The notes under the pieces were generated by a model. It ran no database searches. It was not told the origin of the DNA and saw only the letters and a list, made by a program, of their open reading frames with translations. Shown here in pieces: positions 1 through 11,488 of a stretch of 64,000 nucleotides of DNA (positions are counted from its first letter, which is position 1; each line of letters opens with the position of its first letter). The position numbers and the translations under genes are program-made. The DNA is from Selaginella moellendorffii. Taxonomy: Eukaryota; Plantae; Lycopodiophyta. Where the stretch lies: assembly GCF_000143415.4 (NCBI RefSeq), contig NW_003314262.1, forward strand, positions 2,530,603-2,594,602, written 5' to 3'.

Positions 1-3000
1 GCACCTTTTATTTGAAAAGTTATCTCTCTTTAACATAGAGCTGCTAAGTAAGACAATGGTGCTATTACTATTGGTGACGGCGGTGGAGGAGGCAATGGTG
101 ATGGAGTAATATTAAGGGGAGTGATGGTGTAGCATTTGCTTTTGCTTCATTGCTAACAATATTTTGGTGGAATTCTTGCCATAGACAAGGATGGGCATAT
201 AGTGTTGAGGGGGTTAAATTATTTTTCACTCTTACAACTGCTCTAGACAAATCTCAAGTATGAAATGTGGCTTGGATTTTGGTTGAAACTCCTCTCTTCT
301 TGTTCTAAGTGGCAAGGCTTTTTTAGATTCAAGGAATTTATTGCTACAATGCAAGTAAAGAATTTGAGTTTCATGTTATTGTTGGTGTTGTTGTGCTGTT
401 TTAAAATTTCCCTCATTATTAAGTTTATATTGACTGGATAGAAATTTAAACAATTATTTTTATTAGTGATATGTAAGAAAAATAGTATTAAATATTTATT
501 ACAAACGAATCAAAAAAAAGTATGATAGTGGAATATCCTTAAATATAATTGAATGTTTTAGATATATTCCTTATACACTATACCTCCTACAAGTTTTCGA
601 AAGCAAACCAAAACTAAAAGTAGTTGAAGCTTTCTGAAAAGAAAATTAGATATTAAAATTACAAAAATATAAAAATTAATTAAGTTCTAGACTACTTTTA
701 TATTGAAATTAGTTATATGAGTGCATGGAATATGATAGCCTAAAAACCCTAGTTTATATACAAGATCAAGTGCTCTAAATTGAAATCAATTTAATGGCTA
801 CCAAAATCCCACTATATCAATATTAGTATACAACATTGTAATTATACTCTTGGACTTTATATTATCCCCTCCTTTCGGAATGATGGAAGATAGTCAAAGT
901 TCTCTCATGAACAAGCCAAGATTTGGAGGAACATCAAAAGGTGGCATTAGTGGATTTGTAAGTGGTGTTAGTTGTTCTTGATCCTTTTGTACAAAACATT
1001 TCAATTATTGCATATCCACAATTTCTAGAGGATTGGCTTGTTAAACATCATGCTAAACCTCATAAACTTGTTGCTACAACATTTCATATGGTCCCTTCCA
1101 CTGAGCAAAGAACCCTTAGATAAACCATGTACCATAAGATTGGGAAAATAGATTAATACCAAGTCATCCACTTTGTACTCTACAAATAAATGATGATGAG
1201 AGTTGTAGTGCCATTGTTGTCCCACTTGTACACGGCCCAGATAATCAGTAGACTTTGCTCAAATAAGTGGAAGAATGCTCGTCAAACTATTGATCCCAAG
1301 ACCTAACATCAGCAATTCATAGCAATTGCGAAGGTAAACTCAACTTTATTAGTAGTATTGAATCATGACTATATAGGAGTTTATATAGTAAAGCACTAAT
1401 AGAACTCTCCACCCCTGTAACATATGGATACTAAAATGATGGCAAATAACCATCTCAATCTGAATGTTGAAAGTTCATAAACTTCATAGTCATCCTTTTG
1501 AAAATCCAAACGAACTGTTCTACCAAACCATCTGACTATGAATGATAAGCATTCATGAAAATGTGGCATATGCCCAATTGAGATGTTAAAATGTAAAATG
1601 CCTTAGCCATAAATGCGGGACTGTTATCTGAAAGAATTCACTCCAGACATAAATGCTAGAACAATACTCAATTGAGGAAGAAGTATTCAGTAGTAGTTGC
1701 AAATACACTAGTGAGAGCATCAACTTCCACTCAGCGAGTCAAGTAGTCATAAGCAATAATGATATATTCATTACCAACATTCAACCGTGGAAAACACCCT
1801 ATCAAATCAAACACAACCAACTTAAATAAATGGGAAACTGTAATTGACTTTAACCATCTTTTTGTAGCACAAGGGGGAGTATTACAAGTTATGCACCAAA
1901 GGCAACTATGTATATATTGGATAATATTATATCATATCTTTGGCTAATAGAAACATACACAGCTTCTCGATCACACAACAATGTCCCATATGCTCACCTA
2001 AAATAAAATAATCATGGTAGGCAAGAAGAAAGTGTGTAATAAAGATCAAAAGCACCACCAACTGTAAATGATCATCAAGATCCGTCCCTATAAAATAAAG
2101 AAGACCATCTTCAAGGCGATATTGAGAATGTAAATACTGAAATGGCAAGTCATTAGTAAATGATACAAGATTCTTAAATCCATTGCGAAGCTTTCGAATC
2201 TATAACTCAATCTTTTGAACCTTGCAAACCTCATTAAGAGAAGGTAAATCTTGTTTTGCATTTTGTGGACACTGAATGTCAAGTACAGCAATTGCAGATG
2301 GCATAAAATCCTAGTCTAAAAAATCCAAAAATGCAAGAACAACAGACTCATCAAAGACATAAGAAGAAAGTGAAGAAAAAAGAGGAGCTTAAGAAAGGGC
2401 ATCAACATCAGTTATAAAACTCCCTAAACAATGAACAACATCAAAATTATATATTTGAAGTTTCAAAACCCACCGAATAGTATGATCAATTAAGTTCTTT
2501 CGCTTCAATAACAAAGTAACTGCAACATAATCATTTTGTAATAATGTCTGAGAACTATATAGATATGCATGAAGTTTCTCAAAACCCCAGCCAAATGCTA
2601 AACACTGCTTCTCTGTTATAGAATAGTTCACCTCCGTTGGTTGTAATGTATAGCTGATATATGTAATGAGATAGTGTTGACCAAGCACACTCGAGCTCTA
2701 TTGCATCAACACACCTTCAAGATTAATATAAAAAACATCCACATGCAAAATGAAAAGTCAAGTGTAGTTAGGATATACCAAAACTGGTGGAGTCATCAAT
2801 ATCTATTTGAGATCTATAAATACTTGCTCACAATTTACAAACTAAATGAAAGATGATATTGACAATTTTAACAATGCTTGCAATGGTACAGTGCAATAAA
2901 AAAGATGATTAACAAAATGACCGAGATATTGCACCTTGCCTAGAAAGTGCTACATATCATTCACACACTTCCGAATAGAGAACTTTAAAAGAGCCACAAG

Positions 3001-4141
3001 TTTATCATGATTAACTTGCAAACTCTCATGAAAAATATGGTACCTAAGATAAATTGTATCCTTGGACCCAAATATGTACTTCAACCACTTTAGCTTTAAA
3101 TCATCTTCTTGTAGCTAATCCAACATTTTATAAACATCACAAACATGTTCCTCCCATGTCCCCTCCAATTGGATTAAAACATCATTGATGAAGTCACCAG
3201 TCACCTCTAACAAATCACAAAGGACCTCATCCATCATTTATTGGGAAGTTGTTGGAGCATTATTCAAACCAAACGGCATCACTAAAAACTTATATAAACT
3301 AAACAGTGTACAAAAAACAATTTTAGAAATGTCTTCTTCAGCCATTGGTATTTGCCAATACCCAAAAACAAAATTTAACTTGGTGAACTAATGACTTCTC
3401 CTCAGATGATCCAAGAGATCAGTAGTGTGAAGAAAAGGGTATATATTCGAGATTGTTACTTTATTTAATGGATGATAACTTATGCAAAAATGAATACTCT
3501 CATCAAGTTTAGTCACAACATGAGGTTCATATGCTCAAAAAGTCAATGACTTTCAAATAACACCCTTTTCCAACATCTTCTTGACGTTTGATATAAAATC
3601 TTGATCTCTTTGGGTAACTGATAACAAAGAAAAACTTTGATTGGACAAGCATCCACAGTTAGAATACAATGACATGTTGCAATCTTGGCCCCAGATGATA
3701 AGTCAAATTCAAAAGATCGGCATATTCTTTCATGAGCTAATCAACCGCTGCAACACAAAGACTATCAAATGGATCAGAAAAGGGAAAAAAGGAACAAGAT
3801 AGAAACATAAGAAGAACTAATAGGGAGACAAAAGTGATGGAAGTAGAGATAAAAGCAGAAGGATGAAGAAGTATAAAATTGAAAGGAATGGAAGAAATAT
3901 AAAGAAGTATAAGATAAGGGGGAGAAACCTTAAAGTCACACTTCACATAATTGCAATACAATTAATTCATACTAAAGATGAGGTCAAAATTCTCACTTGG
4001 CACCACCCAAAATGAGTATAATGTAAACTCCTGAATTTGGACTTCCCGGGAGGTTACCCAGCCCAGTACTATTCAAACCCAAGAACATTTAACCTTAAGT
4101 ATCCTAAGACCCTTAACCAATTGAAAAAAAGGGTGCATTCT

Positions 4142-5267
4142 TGTCGCGAATGTGACTTTGGGTATCGAAAGTTACTTGTCAGCCAGTCCTTATGGACACT
4201 CTTTCCTTACTCCCACGACGGCAGAAGGCATTTATCAGTCCCTCTTGTTTAAGTGTTAGTAAACTGGGTTTAGCATCTTTACTTGGCCGGATGAGAATAA
4301 GGAAGGAATTCCTAAGTGTCTAGTTAGCTGAGCATACTCGGCCTGGCTTATTAGTTCTCTTTTGCTTTATCTTGCACTGGCTTGATAAGAACCCTCGTGT
4401 ATTGAGACTAATCCCTTAATATCGCTACATGATAGCTTACCGTGTTTGCCAAACACCTTCGCTATCATGCCCTTTGTATTGGTCTCGTTCTGGTCCCAAA
4501 TGCTATTTATGGAAAGTGTTCAGATTTGCTCGTTTGGCATATTTACGGAATGTAGAGATTGTCCTGAACACAATGGTGTTCGTCCCATGTCCAAATTCGC
4601 AATCTAGGGACATTCCATATTTAGTAAGTTTCGAGCTTGTCCTAGAGATTAACTTCTAATACTAAGGGAGGCTTGGGGTGAAAGGCCAAAGTGTGTGTTC
4701 CTAGGGGGGGGGGGGGGGGGGGGGGATTTTGGGGGTTCCAAATGTATAATAGGGATAGTGGGTAGGTTGGGCATAGCCGACCAACTTGAAGCATAGTCTA
4801 GTTCCCGCTTGCGTGCCTGTCCTTGTTCTGCGTCCGATTTAGGTCTAAGACCAAGTTCTATTCCATGTTAGCTGGTGGAGTACCCATGTCCTTGCATTAA
4901 GCCACCGGTATGCTGAAATAGCACCAGACTCTATTTGGCTCCATTTTGCGTGCTGATCTTAGCATTGGGATGCTGGTTACTCTAAGATTGTTCCAAGTCA
5001 CTCCATGCCCCTGTCCCTTCACTCCTTGGGCTATGTGCTCGAGAGTTGCTCCATGGTCCAGTTCCATCACTCCTTGGCTCCATGTGTGGAAGTTTGGCAC
5101 CATTCCTTCGTTCAATGGCCCAAGGCTCTAAACCTCGGGTTCCACACCACTGTCCTATGGACACATGGCATGTGACACCTGGCACATAAAGGGTTTAGGT
5201 TCCGCTTTATGGTGTTATCCTATGGTAAATCACCATAGGATAAAGGGTAAAAACCACATGCGCTACA
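4142..5267. mobile_element. Solo LTR, family A (1126 bp)
   Basis: Termini TGTCGCG...CGCTACA (imperfect inverted repeat); TSD ATTCT/ACTCT (4137-4141, 5268-5272); Cassandra LTR sequence resumes exactly after it; contains a G22 run at 4704-4725. Confidence 0.8.
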
Positions 5268-5418
5268 ACTCTTACTCATGGGCCCTTTCCCTTTATATTT
5301 GAACCCTATAGACCGTCTCTCGAGTCGCTCTCTTTAGTTTGCTTCCCTGCAATTTCACGCCCTCGTGAACGGAAGCTAAGAGCTGCAGCTCTCCTGAGAG
5401 CTCCGCTCTCTTGACACC

Positions 5419-7344
5419 TGTAAGCGACTAAATTTTCCATTCTACTTTAGTCACTTAACCACACCTCCGACCACTTGGAGGAGTCTCATTCACAACCTCC
5501 ATCAGTCCAATTCAGGACTTGGGACTTGCTAGCCCCAAGAATGGCATCCATGCCACTCAACACTTGCACCTGGTCCAAGTGCTCCACGTGTCCGGTCCCA
5601 AAACCGACACCCAAAGGTACCACTGACATCTCGGCCCGTTACGCTAAGGCCATGCCCATTCACCTTTGCTGCACTAGTGGTCCAATACCACTTGCATCAC
5701 CATCCCGTCTCTCCAAGACTGGGCCATCTGTCCACGAGTGGTCATCCTAGATCCACTCCTTAGCATCCTTAGGATGCCCACAGACCTGGGGAATCGCCTT
5801 CCCCAAAATCCCTTTGTCAGTTCCTACCAAGTCCCTTTCTGCCCCTGGCCGTGTTTGCCAACACTGTCACTGGATCGAGGCCCACAGGCCCGACCACTAA
5901 GTCCCATGGTCCTCTAGGACTTCCTCACCACACGACTGTGTCCTTGGTCACTACCCCAGAGGACTGCTCCTCTTCCTTTCCACAGTCTAGGCCATTGGGA
6001 CAACATTTCGGAACACCGTGGCCTTACGCGAGCCACCTGGGTACTCTCCTCGCCTTTCGCCTTTAGGTGCTCTAGCCATGGGCTTAGAGCGAGGTTCCGT
6101 TGAGCCACGCCTGGTATCCAAGTAGGTAATGCCACCCACACTTGGACTGGGAGCATCGGCCAGTCGATCTCCCGGGGGAACTAGAGCCGGCTCTTGAACA
6201 CTTCACCAAGCTACCCCGCTTGTCGGTCCATATTCACTCTAGTCTTGGACTTCCCAGTGGTCAGTTCATCACCCAACACTGGGTCTGGCCTTCCTGGGCC
6301 AAACTAGCCTTTCCTGGCCAAACTAGCTCCACTGCAATCCTCCCCCTTACTATACTTTTGGAGCTCACCAAACCCCCCAGGGTCTGGGAGACGAACGCTT
6401 TGGGCTTTCACCCTCTCAGACTCGAACTCGGACTCAGACTCGGACTCGGGCTTGGGCTCGGGCTCGGGCTCGGTCTCAGCCTTGGCCTCGGTCTCGGTCT
6501 CGGTCCCGGTCTTGGTCCCGGTCTCGGTCTCGGTCCCGGTCTCGGTCTCGACCTCGGACTCCATCTCGGGTCCTTCTCGGACTCCATCTTGGACTCCATC
6601 TCGGACTCCATCTCGGTCCATCTCGGACTCCATCTCGGACTCCATCTCAGACTCCGTCTCGGTCCATCTCGGACTCCATCTCGGGTCCATCTCGGACTCC
6701 GTCTCGGTCCACCTCGGACTCCATCTCAGGTCCATCTCGGACTCCATCTCAGGTCCATCTCGGACTCCATCTCGGACTCCGTCTCGGTCCACCTCGGACT
6801 CCATCTCGGACTCCATCTCGGGTCCATCTCAGACTCCATCTCAGGTCCATCTCGGACTCCATCTCGGGTCCATCTCGGACTCCGTCGCGGTCCACCTCGG
6901 ACTCCATCTCGGACTCCATCTCGGGTCCATCTCGGACTCCATCTCGGGTCCATCTCGGACTCCGTCTTTGTCCACCTCGGACTCCACTTCAGGTCCATCT
7001 CGGGCTCCATATCGGACTCCATCTCGGACTCCACTTCGGACTCTATATCGGACTCCACTTCGGGTCCATCTCGGACTCCAACTAGGGTCCGTCTCGGATT
7101 CCATCTTGGACACTTCCACGTGTCATGTGTTGGTCCTTTTTGGGTCCCTTTTTGGAGCCTTACTTATTGCTCGCTTTGTGCTCGCTCCTTGAGCACTTTG
7201 TTGGGAGTTCCACTCCCGCTCTCGACCTTTCAAGTCGGAGCTTTTAGTCCAAACATGTTACGCTCGTTTGGCTTTCACCTCGGCCACTACCACTTGGCAC
7301 CCTTTCCAGCTCCACTTTGGGGCCTAGGGATTTTGTGTCTCACA
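5419..7344. mobile_element. Solo LTR, family B copy 1 (1926 bp)
   Basis: Termini TGTAAGCGAC...GTGTCTCACA; TSD ACACC/ACACT; colinear with 7583-8864; inserted in the Cassandra internal domain. Confidence 0.85.
6416..7100. repeat. Expanded CTCGG(A/G/T)/CTCCAT minisatellite inside the family B LTR
   Basis: Tandem 6/11/12-bp units (CTCGGACTCCAT, CTCGGGTCCAT); the same array is only ~140 bp in copy 2 (8610-8752). Confidence 0.95.
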
Positions 7345-7582
7345 ACACTCTACCCCTTGGGTCAAGCCCAGCAGGAGCAAATTGGACCCTTGCCAGATGT
7401 CAATCAACATGTGGTGTGATTCCCCTAGTCAACCAACAGAGTCGGACCTGAGACCCCTCTGATACCAAATGTAAACTCCCGAATTTGGACTTCCTAGGAG
7501 GTCACCTAGCCCAGTACTATTCAAACCCAAAGACATTTAACCCCAAATATCCCAAGACCTTTAACCAATTGAAAAAGGGGGT

Positions 7583-8864
7583 TGTAAGCGACTAAATTTT
7601 CCATTCTGCTTTAGTCACTTAACCACACATTAGACCACTTGGAGGAGTCTCACTCACAACCTCCATAAGTCCTATTCTAGACTTAGGGACATGCTAGCCC
7701 CAAGAATGGCATTCATGCCACTCAACCATTACACTTGATCCAAGTGCTCCATGTGTTTGATCCCATGACGAACACCCCAAGGTACCACTGACATACCAAC
7801 CCGTTAGGCTAAAGCCATGTCCATTTACCTTAGTCACACCGATGGTCCAACACCACCTGCATCGCAGTCCCATCTCTTAAAGACTGAGCCATCCATTCGT
7901 GAATGACCATCCTAGGTCCACTCTTTAGCATTCTTAGGATGCCCGCAGACATGGGGAACAGTTTTCCCCAATATCCCTTTTATAGTCCCCACCAAGTCCC
8001 TTTTCTGTCCATGGCCGTGTTCGCCAACACTGCCACTGGGACAAGGCCCACAAGCCCAACCACTAAGTCCCACTGTCCTCTGGGACTTCCTTACCAACAT
8101 GACTGTATCATTGGTCACTACACTAGAGGACCACTCCTCTTCCTTTCCATAGTCTGGGACTTTGGGACAATATTTCGGAACACTATGGCCTTATGCGAGC
8201 CTCATGGGTACTCTCCCCACCTTCTGCCTTTTGGTGCTCTAGCCGTGGGCTTAGAGGGAGGTTCTATTGAGCCACACCAGGTATCCAAATAGGTAGTGCC
8301 ACCCACACTTGGACTAGGAGCATTGGTCATTCGATCTCCTAGGGGAACTAGAGTTGGCTCTTGAACACTTCACCAAACTACCCTGCTTGTCAGTCCGTAT
8401 TCACTCTATCCTGACTTCCCAGTGGTTATCCTATCACCCAACACTTGGGTACAACCTTCTTGGGCCAAACTGGCCTTTCCTGGCCAAACTGGCCTTTCCT
8501 GGCCAAACTGGCTCCACTGGAGTCCTCCCTCTACTATACTTTTGGAGCTCACTCAACTCCTTAGGGTCTGGGAGACGAATGCTTTGGGCTTTCACCCTCT
8601 CAGATTTGAACTTGGACTCAGACTCGGACTCAGACTCAGACTCGGGCTTGGGCTCGGTCTTGGCCTCGGCCTCGGGCTCGGTCTTGGTCTCAACTTCGGA
8701 CTCCATCTCGGATTCCATCTCAGGTCCATCTCGGACTCCATCTCGGACTCCTCAAGTCAAAGCTTTTAGTCCAAATGTGTTACGCTCGTTTGGCTTTTGC
8801 TTTGGCCACTACCACGTGGCACCCTTTCGGCTCCACTTTGGGGCTTAGGGATTTGTGTCTCATA
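7583..8864. mobile_element. Solo LTR, family B copy 2 (1282 bp)
   Basis: Termini TGTAAGCGAC...GTGTCTCATA; perfect TSD GGGGT (7578-7582, 8865-8869); inserted in the Cassandra 5' LTR. Confidence 0.88.
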
Positions 8865-10712
8865 GGGGTGCACTCTTATTCATGGGCCCTTTCCCTCTGT
8901 ATTTGAACCCCATGGACCGTCTCTCAAGTAACTCTCTTTGGTTGTTTACATATAAGTCAAACTTAAGATTGCCCACATGCACAACTAGGTTTGCCTCATC
9001 CCGTATACATGTATATATATGGCCATTGCCATAAAAAATAAAAACTGACTCTGCCACACGACAACAAGCCAAACAATAAAAGATAAACTCAAACCTATAT
9101 CAACCAACACAAAAAGAATAATAAGAGACCTCTTGTTATAAGAGCGAGCTTGAAAAGAACTAGTGCCAAGTGAACCCTTTAGTAATACTCTTAAAAGAAA
9201 GATGGAGGGGGTCATTGACTTATTTGCACAAGGTCCCTTCACTATTCATGTGACTCCTCATTTCCCGAAAGCATCTCGATATTTAAACTTTCCACTACAG
9301 TAGCACTAACAAAACATTATTGATGCCAAAGTCTCCACCTAGGAAATGGAGGTTGTCAATCCTAAAAACACCAACAACACCAATAAGTATGACAAACTTC
9401 ATCACATGTTTAGTAATGGACATCATAACCACGACTATGTCCTCACCCTTGTCCTTGAACTTGGGTAGCAGCAACATCAAACTCCATTAAAATAAGACTA
9501 TCTCCCACAAGAAGTAAAGCTGAAAGATATGTAACAAGAAGTGGAAGAGGTGACATTTTACAATGTTGTACCAAGTAAAGAGGATTGTCAAAGGTGGCTA
9601 GAGTAAGTGCATACTCAAGTCTTATAAGATCTTAACGAAGTGTTGGCCACAACATTCCCAACTTGATCTGCTCTAATATATTTAACTCCACACGAAGCAA
9701 AAAGCTATAGAAATGAATGCCAAATTGCATCATGGACTTAGATGGCCATTGACAAAGACGATGCAAATTTTGAAAGGCATTATCGTAATTGTCAATATGT
9801 CTAAATACGCATTTGAAAACGTTTGGGAGAATGCTCCAATGCTCACAATTGGCTACACTCAAACCATTGTACCATTGTAATACCGTTTCTTGCAAACATA
9901 TGGAAAACTCATGCAAATGCCAAATATCATCCCAAAAATGATATATAGCAATCACTATAAAATGATTAAACTAATAGTACACATCATCCCCAAAATTCCT
10001 ACTGAAGAACTTCAGCCAAACAGAAGGATTGGCAGCAAGAGAAAAGGAGTTGTACCATACATTATGAATATTACCATCAACTGAGTTTAATTGTTCAACT
10101 ACAACCATATAGCATTGAGCAATTGCACCAACTATTACTCCAGAGTCAAAAGAGGAGGAGGTTGGTGCTTTGCCATGAAGATGAACAAAAAGGAAAAACA
10201 AAAGAAAATAAGTTGAGAAAAGCTATAAGAAAATGGAGATCTAGACAATACAAAAGCTAGATTTAAACCAAAATCCCAAATTTTAGCACTCCTTAAGGAC
10301 AATCAGAGCTGCCCCTCAACTCCACCAATGTGAATGTATAGAATATATAGAAATGTGTATATCAATTAACCCAAAAACCCTAGTTTATATATAGAAGCAA
10401 GTGATCTATATTAAAACCAATCTGACAACTACCAAAATCCCAATACGCTAATATTAGTATACTTGGACCTCACAATTATATATTTATTAAAAGAAATTTA
10501 GTAAAATTTTAAATCACAAGATGGCTGTAGGACTCTATGAAGCTGATTTGGGGTGCTAAATATATTTTAGAACTGTTAATCCAATGGTCTAAATTCATAT
10601 AAATACTATTACATAGCATTGGTTTTCAAAGAAGTGGAAAGACATTTCAAAATACTTTTATGCTTTAGTCTTTCTCATTTCTCAATGGCATTTGCAATGG
10701 TTGCCACCAATA

Positions 10713-11488
10713 TGTAAGCAACCAAAGGGAACGATTCAAGAGACGGTCCATGGGGTTCAAATATAGAGGGAAGGGGCCTATGAATAAGAGTGCACCTCCT
10801 TTTTCAATCGGTTAAAGGTCTTGGGATATTTGGGGTTAAGCGTCCTTGGGTTTGAATAGTACTGGGCTAGGTGACCTCCCGGGAAGTCCAAACTCAGAAG
10901 CGTTACATTTGGTATCAGAGCGGTCTCGGGTCCGACTCTGTTGGTTGGCTAAGGGAATCGCACCACATATTGATTGACATCTGGCTGGTCCAGTTTGCTC
11001 CCATTGGGCTCGACCCGAGGGGTAGGGTGTCAAAGAGAGCGGGGCTCTCAAGAGAGCTACGGCTCTCAGCTTCCGTTCACAAGGGCGTGAACTTGCAGGG
11101 TAGGGTGTCAAAGAGAGCAGGGCTCTCAAGAGAGCTACGGCTCTCAGCTTCCGTTCACGAGGGTGTGAACTTGCAGGGAAGCGTGGTGGATTGTAAGCAA
11201 CCAAAGGGAACGACTCAAGAGACGGTCCATAGGGTTCAAATATAGAGGGAAAGGGCCTATGAATAAGAGTGCACCCCTTTTTCCAATCAGTTAAGGGTCT
11301 TGGGATATTTGGGGTTAAGCGTCCTTGGGTTTGAATAGTACTGGGCTGGGTGACCTCCTGAGAAGTCTAAACTCAGGAGCGTTACATTTGGTATTGGAGC
11401 GGTCTTGGGTCCGACTCTGTTAGTTGGCTAAGGGAATCGCACCACATATTGATTAACATCTGGGAAGTCCAAATTCAGAAGCGTTACA
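10713..11488 (+). mobile_element. Cassandra-type TRIM, tandem form (LTR-internal-LTR-partial internal-LTR end)
   Basis: 195-bp LTRs at 10713-10907 and 11192-11386 (TGTAAGC...GTTACA); PBS TGGTATCAGAGC at 10910-10921 (tRNA-iMet); 5S-like block at 10835-10889; perfect TSD CAATA (10708-10712, 11489-11493); 79-bp internal tandem duplication at 11020-11177. Confidence 0.93.
10835..10889 (+). promoter_or_regulatory. 5S rRNA-derived Pol III internal control region (A box, IE, C box) in the TRIM LTR
   Basis: GTTAAGCGTCCTTGGGTTTGAATAGTACTGGGCTAGGTGACCTCCCGGGAAGTCC aligns without gaps to nt ~51-105 of plant 5S rRNA as I recall it (about 46/55 vs the angiosperm sequence). It is not a complete 5S gene. 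Confidence 0.9.

Larger units (their letters stand above)
4022..8950 (-). mobile_element. Cassandra-type TRIM (5S rRNA-containing LTRs), interrupted by three solo LTRs
   Basis: TG...CA ends with a perfect 5-bp TSD TATAA (4017-4021, 8951-8955). PBS is the rc of TGGTATCAGAG (7457-7467). Both LTR ends carry the rc of the 5S internal control region (from 4022 and from 7470). Removing the insertions leaves ~580 bp that is colinear with the copy at 10713-11488. Confidence 0.9.
716..10474 (-). mobile_element. Degenerate Ty3/gypsy LTR retrotransposon (host of the nested insertions)
   Basis: Diverged ~146-bp direct repeats at 716-861 and 10329-10474 share AAAAACCCTAGTTTATATA...CTACCAAAATCCC...ATATTAGTATAC. 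On the minus strand there is a PBS TGGTGGAGTTGAGGGG (10312-10327, tRNA-Ala-like) and a PPT (rc of CCCCTCCTT at ~866-874). Coding relics: gag-like ORF 9632-9955 (LQETVLQWYNGL...WSILPNVF), RNase H-like ORF 2389-2688 (NYSITEKQCLA...RWVLKLQ...DALS), and stop-riddled RT/integrase remnants at ~1000-3600. Confidence 0.8.

Noticed and set aside
6416-7100. CRISPR-like array
   Set aside because: No unique spacers and no cas genes; eukaryotic context.
6142-7419. 425-aa ORF and overlapping ORFs in all frames
   Set aside because: Artefact of a stop-free minisatellite inside a solo LTR; low-complexity translation.
10835-10889. Possible 5S rRNA gene
   Set aside because: Only nt ~51-105 are present, embedded in LTRs with a PBS and TSD; not a full rRNA gene.
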